DNA of 64,000 nucleotides, from positions 28,057 through 92,056 of the forward strand of contig JBEHXK010000002.1 in NCBI GenBank assembly GCA_048498735.1. The letters are read 5' to 3'. The DNA comes from Pseudomonadota bacterium. GTDB lineage: Bacteria; Pseudomonadota; Alphaproteobacteria; Rickettsiales; UBA8987. Positions within the stretch are counted from its first letter, which is position 1. Each line of letters begins with the position of its first letter. Positions 8,175 to 19,112 of the stretch are shown here, in pieces. Made by a program: the position numbers and the translations under genes. The notes under the pieces are model-generated. The model was not told the DNA's origin. It saw only the letters and a list, made by a program, of their open reading frames with translations, and searched no databases.

Positions 8175-8894
8175 TTAGAGTTTGAAAAGCAGGATACATT
8201 CTTTTAACTGCGTTTCTTTTTTATATTCGCCGGCGGCAAAGCAATCGGTTGAATTTTCTGAGCGGTTGACTGTCAGGTTTCCTTTATCCGGCACGCCATC
8301 ATCGATCATCAGGTCAAGGTCATATGCTTCATCAGGTGTCAGCGCTGCGCCTGAAAGCGAGCCGTTCCTGTCGCTCACACCGCCAAGGCCAAATATTTGC
8401 GTTCCTAAAGCCTCGTTATATCCAAAATAAAAACCAGAATTTTCATCTTTGCCTGATGGCACATTCTTGCCTGGCACCAGCACATTCATGCCATTATCCC
8501 AGTTATTCGTCAGTGTGTATGGCAGGTCAATAAGTTTTGCTTCCTGCAATTGTTTCCATGCGTTTATTTCTTCATCGCTGTTGATTTCAACCTTTTTGTC
8601 ACCATTGCCATCTTTAGTGTCCTTCCAATAGAAACTGCCATTGGTGATATCGCCCGGCAGGCCGGAATATATATTATTGAACGAAAGCGTTGCGTATCGG
8701 AATTCCTGGAATCTGCCCGCGATCTGGCGGATGGCAAATTCCTTATTCACATCGTGAATTATCGTTAGCCCTGAAACTATCAGTGCCGTTAAGATCAAAA
8801 AACCTATGAATTTCGCAAGCGGTGGTTTCGGTATTTTTATATACTTCAACCTTTTGCGATTTTTAACCTTATTTCTAAGCCCTTTGATTATCAT
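8175..8894 (-). CDS. membrane-anchored periplasmic protein, pilin-like features, no prepilin cleavage motif
   Basis: 239 aa with a basic N-terminus followed by one TM helix ('FIGFLILTALIVSGLTII'). The rest is hydrophilic and carries 'SGLPGD', 'DGNGDKKVEI' and 'LTPDEAYDLDLMIDDGVPDKGNLT', plus a C-terminal Cys pair. Its start overlaps the hisE stop by 4 nt. Confidence 0.5.
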   Translation of the reverse strand: MIIKGLRNKVKNRKRLKYIKIPKPPLAKFIGFLILTALIVSGLTIIHDVNKEFAIRQIAGRFQEFRYATLSFNNIYSGLPGDITNGSFYWKDTKDGNGDKKVEINSDEEINAWKQLQEAKLIDLPYTLTNNWDNGMNVLVPGKNVPSGKDENSGFYFGYNEALGTQIFGLGGVSDRNGSLSGAALTPDEAYDLDLMIDDGVPDKGNLTVNRSENSTDCFAAGEYKKETQLKECILLFKL

Positions 8895-9262
8895 TTGCCT
8901 TTTTCCTTGGCGATGCGGCTCGCCTTTTCATCAAGCCCTGAAATACCCATGCGTTTTTCAAGCTCTGCAAAAACCTTAGTTATACTGATCTTTTTATACC
9001 CAAGCAGAACCAACAGGTGGAAAAGCAGATCTGCACTTTCCGAGATCAATTCCTTATCGCCTTCCGCAAGCGCGGCAATCACAACTTCGCCGGCTTCTTC
9101 CGATACTTTTCGGCTGATCTTCTTTTCACCATCTTTGAATAACTTTGCGATATATGAAGTTTTCGGGTCGCCTTTGCGGCGATCAGCAATGGTTTTTTCC
9201 AGCTCTGCGATGATCTGGTTTATATCAATTTTCTCTTCTGCTTTTTTCTTCATAAACAACAT
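8891..9262 (-). CDS. hisE: phosphoribosyl-ATP pyrophosphohydrolase
   Basis: 123 aa. 'DPKTSYIAKLFKDGEKKISRKVSEEAGEVVIAALAEGDKELISESADLLFHLLVLL' is the HisE/MazG-type signature. The true start may be the second Met, at 9253. Confidence 0.85.
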   Translation of the reverse strand: MLFMKKKAEEKIDINQIIAELEKTIADRRKGDPKTSYIAKLFKDGEKKISRKVSEEAGEVVIAALAEGDKELISESADLLFHLLVLLGYKKISITKVFAELEKRMGISGLDEKASRIAKEKGK

Positions 9263-9274
9263 GTTTCTATCTCC

Positions 9275-10030
9275 TTACATCCTAACAGCAATGCCCTGCG
9301 ATTTCATATATTGTTTCACCTGGCCTATAGAAAGCTCGCCAAAATGGAACAAGCTTGCGGCAAGAACAGCACTTACACCGCCCTGCAGAACGCCATCGGC
9401 AAAATCCTCGATCCTGCCCGCACCACCAGATGCTATCACCGGAATATTCACCTTGCTGGTGATAGCGCGGTTCAGTTCATTGTTGAATCCCTGGCGCGTT
9501 CCATCCCTATCCATTGATGTCAGCAGAATTTCACCTGCACCATAATCTTCCATCTTCTTCGCCCATTCAACTGCGTCGATGCCGGTGGCATTCCTTCCGC
9601 CATGGGTGAAGATCTCAAAATTATTGCCATTCCATTTCGCGTCTATCGCAACCACTATACATTGCTTGCCGAATTTCAGAGCGCCTTCTTTCACCAGTTC
9701 CGGGTTGGTTATTGCCGCTGTATTGATCGAAACCTTATCGGCACCACTCTGCAAAAGCTTCCTAATATTATCAACACTGCGCACGCCACCGCCAACTGTC
9801 AGTGGCATGAAGCATGTTTCCGCTACGCGCTCAACAATATCATATATATTATCGCGGTTCTCAGAACTTGCGGTTATATCAAGGAAGCAGAGCTCATCTG
9901 CGCCTTGTTTCTCATATATCTTTGCCTGTTCCACCGGGTCGCCGGCATCAACAAGATCAACGAAGTTCACGCCTTTCACAACGCGGCCATCCTTCACATC
10001 CAGGCACGGGATTATTCTTGATTTCAACAT
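9275..10030 (-). CDS. hisF: imidazole glycerol phosphate synthase, cyclase subunit
   Basis: 251 aa with '[19 protein letters not shown]', '[11 protein letters not shown]' and '[10 protein letters not shown]'. Confidence 0.95.
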   Translation of the reverse strand: MLKSRIIPCLDVKDGRVVKGVNFVDLVDAGDPVEQAKIYEKQGADELCFLDITASSENRDNIYDIVERVAETCFMPLTVGGGVRSVDNIRKLLQSGADKVSINTAAITNPELVKEGALKFGKQCIVVAIDAKWNGNNFEIFTHGGRNATGIDAVEWAKKMEDYGAGEILLTSMDRDGTRQGFNNELNRAITSKVNIPVIASGGAGRIEDFADGVLQGGVSAVLAASLFHFGELSIGQVKQYMKSQGIAVRM

Positions 10031-10094
10031 TTGAATTATGCTTTTTGCTTACTATATCTTTTCTAATGCTTTTAAATAGGTAAAATAAGACAAT

Positions 10095-10487
10095 ATGTCC
10101 AAAAAAATCGATATAAATGAGAAAGATCTGAAATCCCGCCTTTCTGACCGCGAATATCAGGTTTTGCGTTGTGAGGCTACAGAGGCGCCGTTTTCCAGTG
10201 AATTGCTTGAGGAAAAGCGCGATGGGGCATTTGCCTGCAAGGTCTGCGGGCAGCCGATCTTTTCCTCGAACTGGAAATATGAATCCGGCACTGGCTGGCC
10301 AAGTTTCTATGATGCCATTCCAGGCTCTGTTGAATTCACTACTGATCATAAAATAGGCTATGCGCGCACGGAATTTCATTGTTCAAAATGCGGCAGCCAT
10401 TTCGGCCACGTGTTTGAAGATGGTCCCAACCCGACGGGAAAGCGTTTCTGCACTAACGGCATCGCATTGAAATTTGAGCCTAAATAA
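10095..10487 (+). CDS. msrB: peptide-methionine (R)-S-oxide reductase
   Basis: 130 aa with two CxxC pairs ('CKVCG', 'CSKCG') and 'GTGWPSF', the SelR/MsrB signature. No signal peptide. Confidence 0.9.
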   Translation: MSKKIDINEKDLKSRLSDREYQVLRCEATEAPFSSELLEEKRDGAFACKVCGQPIFSSNWKYESGTGWPSFYDAIPGSVEFTTDHKIGYARTEFHCSKCGSHFGHVFEDGPNPTGKRFCTNGIALKFEPK

Positions 10488-10545
10488 TATGTAACCTTTT
10501 TAATGGGGTTTACGAATATATTTATGAAACAAAAATTATGAATAT

Positions 10546-11163
10546 ATGAAAAAGCTCCTGTTCTTAATTACAATGCTATTATCAATCAGCGCCAATGCGG
10601 AGGATAAACCAATGGAACCGAAACCAAATACTGAATATGCAACTTTCGCAGGCGGTTGTTTCTGGTGCATGCAGCCGGTTTTCGATAATATACCCGGCGT
10701 GATCAAAACCACTGTTGGTTATTCCGGTGGCACTGCTGCTGATGCTGATTATGAAACTGTTTCCACCGGTAAAACCGAGCATAAGGAAGCGATCCAGATC
10801 GAATATGACCCAGGCAAAGTAACCTTCCACACCCTGCTTGAAAAATTCATGAGGAATATCGATCCTGAAGATCCAGTTGGCCAGTTTGCTGATAAGGGTC
10901 CGCAATATCACACAGCCGTGTTCTATCACAGTGAAGCACAGCACAAGGAAGCAGAAGAATTCTTTAAGCAGTTGATCGCAAGCAAAACCATTAAAGGTGA
11001 TATCTATACCCAGATAGAGCCTTACACAGCCTTTTATCCAGCTGAGGAATATCATCAGGAATATTACCAGAAAAACCCGCTGCGCTATAACGCCTATAAA
11101 TATGGTTCCGGCCGCCCTGCAAGGCTTGAAAAGGTCTGGGGTAAATCAGATGATTCGCACTGA
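10546..11163 (+). CDS. msrA: peptide-methionine (S)-S-oxide reductase with N-terminal Sec signal peptide
   Basis: 205 aa. 'MKKLLFLITMLLSISANA|ED' is a classical signal peptide with an AxA cleavage site. The active site 'GGCFWCMQ' and the rest are typical MsrA. Confidence 0.9.
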   Translation: MKKLLFLITMLLSISANAEDKPMEPKPNTEYATFAGGCFWCMQPVFDNIPGVIKTTVGYSGGTAADADYETVSTGKTEHKEAIQIEYDPGKVTFHTLLEKFMRNIDPEDPVGQFADKGPQYHTAVFYHSEAQHKEAEEFFKQLIASKTIKGDIYTQIEPYTAFYPAEEYHQEYYQKNPLRYNAYKYGSGRPARLEKVWGKSDDSH

Positions 11164-12087
11164 TCAGAGTAATATTTTCACCATCACCGGTACATAGATT
11201 ATCGCGAATAGTGATGAGATAATAACTGCAGTTGCCATATCTTCCGGGTGACAATCCAGAAGCGATGCGATGGAAACCGTATCGGCAGCAAGCGGTATTA
11301 TGCCGACCAGAATCAGTGAATTTTTTATATCTTCATTGAACACGCCGAAGAATTTATGGTCGATGAAATAACCTGCTGCTGCGATCGCTGGCCAGATTAT
11401 ATTTCGCCCCAGCATTGCGATGGCAGTGAATCTGAAATTGAAAGTGAATTCCTCGATGGTTGAAAGGCCGAGGCCGATTATCATCATGCCGATAACGATA
11501 TAAGTTCCGCGGATATTAGTGAAAAAGCTTTCAGCAAAATCCGGAATTTTTAATCCGGCAGAGTTACATATCACGCCGATTATAAATGCATATATGACCG
11601 GAAGTTTCAGAACTTTTTTCAGGCTTTCTTCGGCAGTCATATTACCACGCGAAGTTAAATAAAAGCCAACAGTATTCTGGAATAGGTTTAAGCCCAGAAT
11701 TGTAACTAAATAAATACCGGCGCCTTTTTCACCGAATAATAATATCGCAACTGGCAGGCCGAAATAGCCTGAATTTCCTGTTCCTGCGGCGAGGCCAAGA
11801 ATATTTGCCATGGTTTTTTCAGGCAAAAATTTCTTTGCGATCTTATATTCGATCAAACATGCGATGCTTGAAAAAATACACACTGCAAACGGAATCACTA
11901 GCACACCAATAGTGATCTCAGATTTCATGATGCCATAGAACATTACGAACGGCACCAGCAGATATATTGATAAGATCGCGAGGCTTTCTTTTTGTAAGCT
12001 GAAATATTTTCCGGCCACATAACCCATGGCGATCAGCGCATATAATGGCATTATATGGGGCACAAGATGCGCGATTACTTCGATCAT
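11164..12087 (-). CDS. AEC (auxin efflux carrier) family transporter
   Basis: 307 aa, about 10 predicted TM helices, and an N-terminus typical of AEC/membrane transport family proteins. Confidence 0.75.
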   Translation of the reverse strand: MIEVIAHLVPHIMPLYALIAMGYVAGKYFSLQKESLAILSIYLLVPFVMFYGIMKSEITIGVLVIPFAVCIFSSIACLIEYKIAKKFLPEKTMANILGLAAGTGNSGYFGLPVAILLFGEKGAGIYLVTILGLNLFQNTVGFYLTSRGNMTAEESLKKVLKLPVIYAFIIGVICNSAGLKIPDFAESFFTNIRGTYIVIGMMIIGLGLSTIEEFTFNFRFTAIAMLGRNIIWPAIAAAGYFIDHKFFGVFNEDIKNSLILVGIIPLAADTVSIASLLDCHPEDMATAVIISSLFAIIYVPVMVKILL

Positions 12088-12926
12088 TTTTTCTCTTTTT
12101 CCTCGATCATATGGCCGAGATATTTTTCCAGCGCATAATTGAACTCAGCGCCGAATACATAAACAATATTCATTACATAAAAAAACAGCAGTGTTAAAAT
12201 AACGCCGGCCAGACTGCCATAAACCGTGTTCACACGCGGATAATAGCTCACAAAAACAGTGAACAGGTTAATAATTATCAGCCAGAAGAACAGGCATAAT
12301 GCTGCACCCGGAACGATATTCCACACGCGCTGTTTTATGTTTGGCAGCACCCAGTAAGTTATACAAATACCGATGAACATCATAAGTCCGGAGCCGCAAT
12401 ATCTGACCACGGTCAGGAATGAACCTATATAACTTTCCAGATGCAGGAATTTTATCATTCCCGGAACTATCGTCAGAAGGAACAGTGCAACTATAACAAG
12501 GAAAGAAAGTATAACAAACTGCATCATGCTTACCAGCCTGCGCCAGATGAAGTGCGGCGGATTACTCACCCTGTAAACGCGATTTAAAATTGTGCGTATT
12601 GCTTCAACCGTGCCGGAAGCTGTCCAGATGGCGCCAATGATAGCAATGGTCAGAATTCCATGCGGAGGGCCTGAAACAATGTCATGTATCACCGGGTTAA
12701 GTGCTTTAAGCACATCAGCAGGCATTACCTTGGTCAGTTCGGTTATAAGATTAGCTGCAAAATCCTTACGGCCAAGTGCCCCACCGATAGTGAACATAAA
12801 GATCAGCGCCGGGAAGATCGAAAGTAACGCGAGAAATGATAGATATCCCGCATGCTCTATGCCGTCGTCGCGCGCCGTCTGTCGCGCGGAATGATACATC
12901 AATCCAAATACGGTTTTTAATTTCAT
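12084..12926 (-). CDS. YihY/BrkB (ribonuclease BN-like) family membrane protein
   Basis: 280 aa with 'DDGIEHAGYLSFLALLSIFPALIF' and a polytopic profile typical of YihY. Overlaps the downstream AEC gene by 4 nt. Confidence 0.8.
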   Translation of the reverse strand: MKLKTVFGLMYHSARQTARDDGIEHAGYLSFLALLSIFPALIFMFTIGGALGRKDFAANLITELTKVMPADVLKALNPVIHDIVSGPPHGILTIAIIGAIWTASGTVEAIRTILNRVYRVSNPPHFIWRRLVSMMQFVILSFLVIVALFLLTIVPGMIKFLHLESYIGSFLTVVRYCGSGLMMFIGICITYWVLPNIKQRVWNIVPGAALCLFFWLIIINLFTVFVSYYPRVNTVYGSLAGVILTLLFFYVMNIVYVFGAEFNYALEKYLGHMIEEKEKK

Positions 12927-12963
12927 AGGCTGATTTTATCTATATCAGATATAAAATCACAAT

Positions 12964-12993
12964 AAAAAAGGCCCCGGGAATGCCCGGAGCCTT
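12964..12993 (-). terminator. rho-independent terminator downstream of groEL
   Basis: On the minus strand: GGCTCCGGG-cattc-CCGGGGCC followed by TTTTTT. It lies about 180 nt after the groEL stop. Confidence 0.55.
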
Positions 12994-13172
12994 AGTTTTA
13001 TTTATGATATGAAGATTGTTAACGACATTAATTCGCTAATGCGGATAAAACTTGATGGGATTGAGAAGAAATTTTCTGATTTTTTGATTTTCGAGGCTGA
13101 GCATAGCAAAATCTATGTAAGGCCGAAGAAGTAAAAAAAATTAAAAATTTATACCAATCCCATTAGTTTTTA

Positions 13173-14852
<1,680 letters not shown>

Positions 14853-14868
14853 TTAATTAATTGAAAAA

Positions 14869-15195
14869 TTATGCAGCTTTGGAAGATTTGCCGCTTTTTG
14901 CGTGTTCGCCATCAAGAATAGCAAGAATATCGCTTTCTTTCATGATCAGAAGTTCATCACCATCTAGGTTAACTTCAGTGCCGCCCCATTTTGCGAATAG
15001 AACGATATCACCTTTTTTCACATCAAGGGCGATCTTTTTGCCTTGTTCATCGCGGCCACCAGTGCCAACTTCGATAACTTTACCTTTCTGAGGTTTTTCT
15101 TTTGCGTTATCAGGAATGATAATTCCGCCGGCAGTTTTGCTTTCTGCTTCAAGGCGTTTTACCAGGATACGATCGTGAAGTGGTTTTATGCTCAT
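14869..15195 (-). CDS. groS: co-chaperonin GroES
   Basis: 108 aa with '[26 protein letters not shown]'. GGAGGG SD upstream. A C-terminal extension follows the usual GroES core. Confidence 0.95.
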   Translation of the reverse strand: MSIKPLHDRILVKRLEAESKTAGGIIIPDNAKEKPQKGKVIEVGTGGRDEQGKKIALDVKKGDIVLFAKWGGTEVNLDGDELLIMKESDILAILDGEHAKSGKSSKAA

Positions 15196-15254
15196 TTTTA
15201 GTCCCTCCGTTATTTGTTATTATCGGCTGAAAATTCAGCAATATAAAGATGCTG

Positions 15255-15290
15255 CTATATAAACCTACAACGCGGAGTATTCAAGAGGGA
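15255..15290 (-). promoter_or_regulatory. candidate RpoH (sigma-32)-type promoter of groES-groEL
   Basis: The minus strand reads CTTGAA-N(about 16-18)-TTTATAT. This resembles the alphaproteobacterial sigma-32 consensus CTTG-N17-CYTATNT and sits about 60 nt upstream of the groES ATG. No CIRCE inverted repeat is present. Confidence 0.3.
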
Positions 15291-15401
15291 AGTACCTAAA
15301 GTGAAATTTATTTTAAGCTTGGAAAACCAAATCCACTTCAAATGAAAATGTTGAAAAAATAATCCTTAAAAATCAAAATGTTATATTGGCCGAAAATCAG
15401 T

Positions 15402-16244
15402 CTATATCATTCGCAGTTTTTTTTGGGAATAGAACTTCCTGGCTGATTCAAGCTGCTCAGAATCATATGTAAACCTAGGTGTTTTAAGAAGTTTTACACG
15501 ATTCAGGCGTGAAAGCAGGGTCGATTTTAATACCAGCAATCCATATTTCACCACGTTCACATTGCATACTTCAGTGCCATAGTGAGTAGGTATTGCGATC
15601 TCTTTGATGGGTAATTTATTATCTATCATCTGGATCAGGATATCAGTATCGAATTCGAAATAATCAGAGTTGATCTCGAACGGAACTTTTTTCAGCGCGC
15701 GGGTTGAATAGGCACGGTAACCTGTGTGATATTCTGAAAGATTTGCACCAAGAACTATATTCTGAAAAGTTGTCAGCGCAATATTGCCAATGAACTTATA
15801 TTTAGGCATACGGCCCTTCAGCGCGTCTTTCTTGTTCACCATGCGGCTGCCCAGCACCACGTCATAATTGTCATTAACCAGCGGCGCAACGATCTCTGGC
15901 AGAAGTTCTGGCGCATATTGCGCATCACCATGTAAAAGCACTGCAACGTCATAACCATTTTTAATCGCATAGGTATATGCAACTTTCTGGTTACCACCAT
16001 AGCCCTGGTTTTTCACATTCTTTTTTACCGTGATCTTTTCCGGCGCGATCTTCGCGTAATCTTTTGCGATCTCATAAGTATTATCGCTGGAAGCATCATC
16101 AAGCACAATAACATCAACATCATATGCTTTGCTATAGAGGAATTCTTCAGGGATTCTGTTCAGAACCTCAACGATATGGTTCCTGGCATTGAATGAAACT
16201 ACGCAGATAAGAATTTTTGGTTTTGTGTTCATACCTATAAGCAT
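15402..16244 (-). CDS. glycosyltransferase family 2 (polyprenol-phosphate/DPM1-like type)
   Basis: 280 aa. 'ILICVVSFNARNHI', 'VIVLDDASSDNT' and 'LHGDAQY' correspond to the GT-A DxD-type motifs. Confidence 0.8.
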   Translation of the reverse strand: MLIGMNTKPKILICVVSFNARNHIVEVLNRIPEEFLYSKAYDVDVIVLDDASSDNTYEIAKDYAKIAPEKITVKKNVKNQGYGGNQKVAYTYAIKNGYDVAVLLHGDAQYAPELLPEIVAPLVNDNYDVVLGSRMVNKKDALKGRMPKYKFIGNIALTTFQNIVLGANLSEYHTGYRAYSTRALKKVPFEINSDYFEFDTDILIQMIDNKLPIKEIAIPTHYGTEVCNVNVVKYGLLVLKSTLLSRLNRVKLLKTPRFTYDSEQLESARKFYSQKKLRMI

Positions 16245-16295
16245 TTGTTTATGGGTTTTAATATAACCTGCAATTGTTACAAAATTATTATAATT

Positions 16296-18323
16296 TTAAT
16301 GTTTTCCACTAAAATTGAAAAAAACCACACTTAATATAGCTACAGTACATATAAGATAGGCAAAAATCACTGCAACCCTAAGACCCATTCGATATGCAAG
16401 CTGATCGAGATTGGCTTGCGATTGAAGTTTAAGTGTTTCAAAACTAAGGATTTTATATGTTCTTTTGGCTTCGGCAAAACCATTGGCATCACGGCCAATG
16501 AGCTTTGAATCAGCAATTGCCTGGAAGACCTTCTCAATATTTCCGGTTGCAACAGCATTATCAAGGTTTTCGGTAACTTTCCGGCGCAGGGAAACGCTGT
16601 TGAATTTCTCCAGAACCGGGGCCAGGGCAGCACGGAACCATGCTGTTATATTATTTAGCCTGTCTATACCCGATTTCTGCTGGGCAAGTGCAAACATTGC
16701 ACACAACCTTATCGGTATGGACTTATAAAAGAACGGATATCTTTGCAGTGATTTTATCTTGATCGCATCCTCAACATCGGTCTGAAAGCATATATAGGCG
16801 GTCAGGTGTTTATCATTTTCCAGGTCTTTTCCTGTGATCCTGTTAGGTTGGTTGAGTGCAGTAAGAACCGAAGGCAGGCCAACAGAATAAGTTGCTTCCA
16901 GCAATGGTGATAGGCAAGGCAGATAAGGGTTCAACTCATACAAGCAGCGTTCGATGCCAAAACCCATCTCATGTTTGCGTAAATAATGTTTTATCTTTCG
17001 CGGGTGATAGCCAAGTATATTAGGCTTATAATTATCCTGATTTTCCTGATTCGTTATCCAGCCTTCTATATAACTGTTATCGATCGCGGTTATAAGACCT
17101 TCAAGCGATTGCTGGTCATTATATATCATGAAATATGCGAACAGATTTCCAAGCCCATCCGGGTGAAAGGCGATATCCTTATATCTGATCGGCCCCTCAT
17201 CATCCAGAATATATATCATTCTGGCGATCTTTTCATCCGGCAGAATAATTTCAGCCTGTCCGCGTATTATCGATACCAGCCTTTTTTCCACTTCCGGTAG
17301 CCGTGAAGTGAAAGATATCCAGCGTACCAGGTCAGGAAGTTTCAACGTTTTCTTTGCGATGGTCCAGTTCTGCTGCAGAACATAGGCAAGATATTTCGGG
17401 CTGAAATATTCCACCCCCTCGAAAGTAAATGCAGTATTTGCCTGGCGGTGTACACGCGAGGGGGCTGGTTGGGTGAATTCTTTTCTTTGCCAGTTATTTA
17501 CCTGTTTTGTCTGCCATCTTTCGCGGGTTTTATCGTGCAGTAAGCCGCGCAATAAAATTTCTGTTTTCGGTAATATCTCAGTATTTATATTCGCGCGCGA
17601 TATGTTAAGAATGGCATCGTAAGAGCCAACTTCGAACTTCCTTTTTATTATTACATTATCCGGCACATTCACCAGCGCGCCACCGCCAGATACAAGTTCA
17701 GCAACCATCACACCGCAGGCATAAAAGTCAGCGCTATATTCACGATAGCTTTTTCCGGCCTTGTGGCACACCATGCGTTCCAGGGGCTCATATACCGGCT
17801 TCTGTGAATAGCCGACGAATTCCGAAACGCATTCACGCACGGTAATATTGGCATTCTGAGGGTTGAGATAGATATTCTCACAATTTATTGATCCATGCAG
17901 CACGTTATGATCATGCAGAACTGTGATCGCAGCAGCTACCTGGCGGAATATCTGCAACAGCACGAAGTTTTCTTCCAGTGGCGCACGTTGTATCAGGCTT
18001 GAAAGTTTTTCACCTAAAGGTTTTTTGAAGATGCAGCAAAGCGCTTCACCTCTGGTGGCCTGGATCTTTCCAAATTCTATCAGCTGCTGAATATTTTTAT
18101 CTTTTATGTTCTTATAATTATCAAGCCTGTCAAGGTCAGCCGGGAAGGGTTTGTTATATATCAGTGCATAGAATTCAGCTTTATCAGGCGGTGGGGTTTT
18201 TGATTTTGCCTCATATGCAGTTGCGAATTCGGTCGAGAATTCCCTTAGCGGAACGCCAAAATTAATATCAAAATCCTGCTGGATGGTTGCCGAGAGAACA
18301 ATATTATTGCTGTTCTTTGCCAT
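16296..18323 (-). CDS. tail-anchored protein with a degenerate protein-kinase-like N-terminal domain
   Basis: 675 aa. 'LHDHNVLHGSINCENIYL' aligns to the HRDLKPENIL catalytic loop, with RD replaced by GS and K by N. 'RECV' stands where DFG is expected. 'SADFYACGVMVAELVSG' resembles kinase subdomain IX. A single hydrophobic helix sits at the extreme C-terminus ('VAVIFAYLICTVAILSVVFF'). Confidence 0.5.
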   Translation of the reverse strand: MAKNSNNIVLSATIQQDFDINFGVPLREFSTEFATAYEAKSKTPPPDKAEFYALIYNKPFPADLDRLDNYKNIKDKNIQQLIEFGKIQATRGEALCCIFKKPLGEKLSSLIQRAPLEENFVLLQIFRQVAAAITVLHDHNVLHGSINCENIYLNPQNANITVRECVSEFVGYSQKPVYEPLERMVCHKAGKSYREYSADFYACGVMVAELVSGGGALVNVPDNVIIKRKFEVGSYDAILNISRANINTEILPKTEILLRGLLHDKTRERWQTKQVNNWQRKEFTQPAPSRVHRQANTAFTFEGVEYFSPKYLAYVLQQNWTIAKKTLKLPDLVRWISFTSRLPEVEKRLVSIIRGQAEIILPDEKIARMIYILDDEGPIRYKDIAFHPDGLGNLFAYFMIYNDQQSLEGLITAIDNSYIEGWITNQENQDNYKPNILGYHPRKIKHYLRKHEMGFGIERCLYELNPYLPCLSPLLEATYSVGLPSVLTALNQPNRITGKDLENDKHLTAYICFQTDVEDAIKIKSLQRYPFFYKSIPIRLCAMFALAQQKSGIDRLNNITAWFRAALAPVLEKFNSVSLRRKVTENLDNAVATGNIEKVFQAIADSKLIGRDANGFAEAKRTYKILSFETLKLQSQANLDQLAYRMGLRVAVIFAYLICTVAILSVVFFNFSGKH

Positions 18324-18362
18324 AAATAATTCCGTCTTGGAATATCGGCCTGGGTTTAATTA

Positions 18363-19112
18363 TTATTGAAAACTTTTCACCAGGCTTTCGCTTAGCATTG
18401 CCCACCCATCTATCAGCACGAAGAAAATGATCTTGAACGGTAATGAGATCAGAACCGGTGGCAACATCATCATACCCATGCTCATCAGAATAGAGGCAAC
18501 GACCATATCGATTATAAGGAACGGTATGAAAATTAAAAAGCCTATTTCAAATGCGCGGCGCAGTTCGCTTATCATAAAGGCTGGTATCAGTGCTCTATAT
18601 GGCACAACCTCATCAGGGTTTGCTTTTTCCTGTGCTTTGCCGGCTGCCTGATTGCTTAAGTCCACAAAAAGCTGGATATCTTCAGTCCTTGCATGTTTCT
18701 GCATGAATTCACGGAATGGTTCTGCGATCTTTGGCAGCGCTGCTTTTTCATCAATCTTATTTGCGATCAGGGGTGCAATGCCTTCATCATATGATTTCTG
18801 CAAGGTTGGCTGCATGATGAAAAATGTCAGGAACAAAGCTAAGCTGATAAGAACTACGTTCGGCGGTGTCTGCTGAATGCCGATCGCGCTTCTCAGCAGT
18901 GAAAGCACCACGATTATGCGCGTGAAGCTTGTCACCATCATCAAAATAGAAGGTGCTAGTGAAAGCACGGTGATCAGCACTATCAACCTGAAAATGGTAC
19001 CTGTTGTGCTGGCAGAGCCATCCACGCTGATATTCACATTCTGCGCCATCGCGGTGGTGAATGGCACCAGGAAAATACCTAGATGCAGGAATATTTTGAA
19101 TAGTCTTTTCAT
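18363..19112 (-). CDS. fliP: flagellar type III export apparatus protein FliP
   Basis: 249 aa with a signal-like N-terminus. 'MMVTSFTRIIVVLSLLRSAIGIQQTPPNVVLISLALFLTFFIMQP' is the FliP signature. Confidence 0.92.
   Translation of the reverse strand: MKRLFKIFLHLGIFLVPFTTAMAQNVNISVDGSASTTGTIFRLIVLITVLSLAPSILMMVTSFTRIIVVLSLLRSAIGIQQTPPNVVLISLALFLTFFIMQPTLQKSYDEGIAPLIANKIDEKAALPKIAEPFREFMQKHARTEDIQLFVDLSNQAAGKAQEKANPDEVVPYRALIPAFMISELRRAFEIGFLIFIPFLIIDMVVASILMSMGMMMLPPVLISLPFKIIFFVLIDGWAMLSESLVKSFQ

Noticed and set aside
8895-9545. 216-aa ORF on the + strand spanning hisE and hisF
   Set aside because: Antisense to two well-supported his genes and crosses their intergenic gap. Shadow ORF.
15196-15401. 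Looked for a CIRCE operator (TTAGCACTC-N9-GAGTGCTAA) upstream of groES
   Set aside because: It is not present. Only a short GCTGAA-aa-TTCAGC inverted repeat is there, and it does not match CIRCE.
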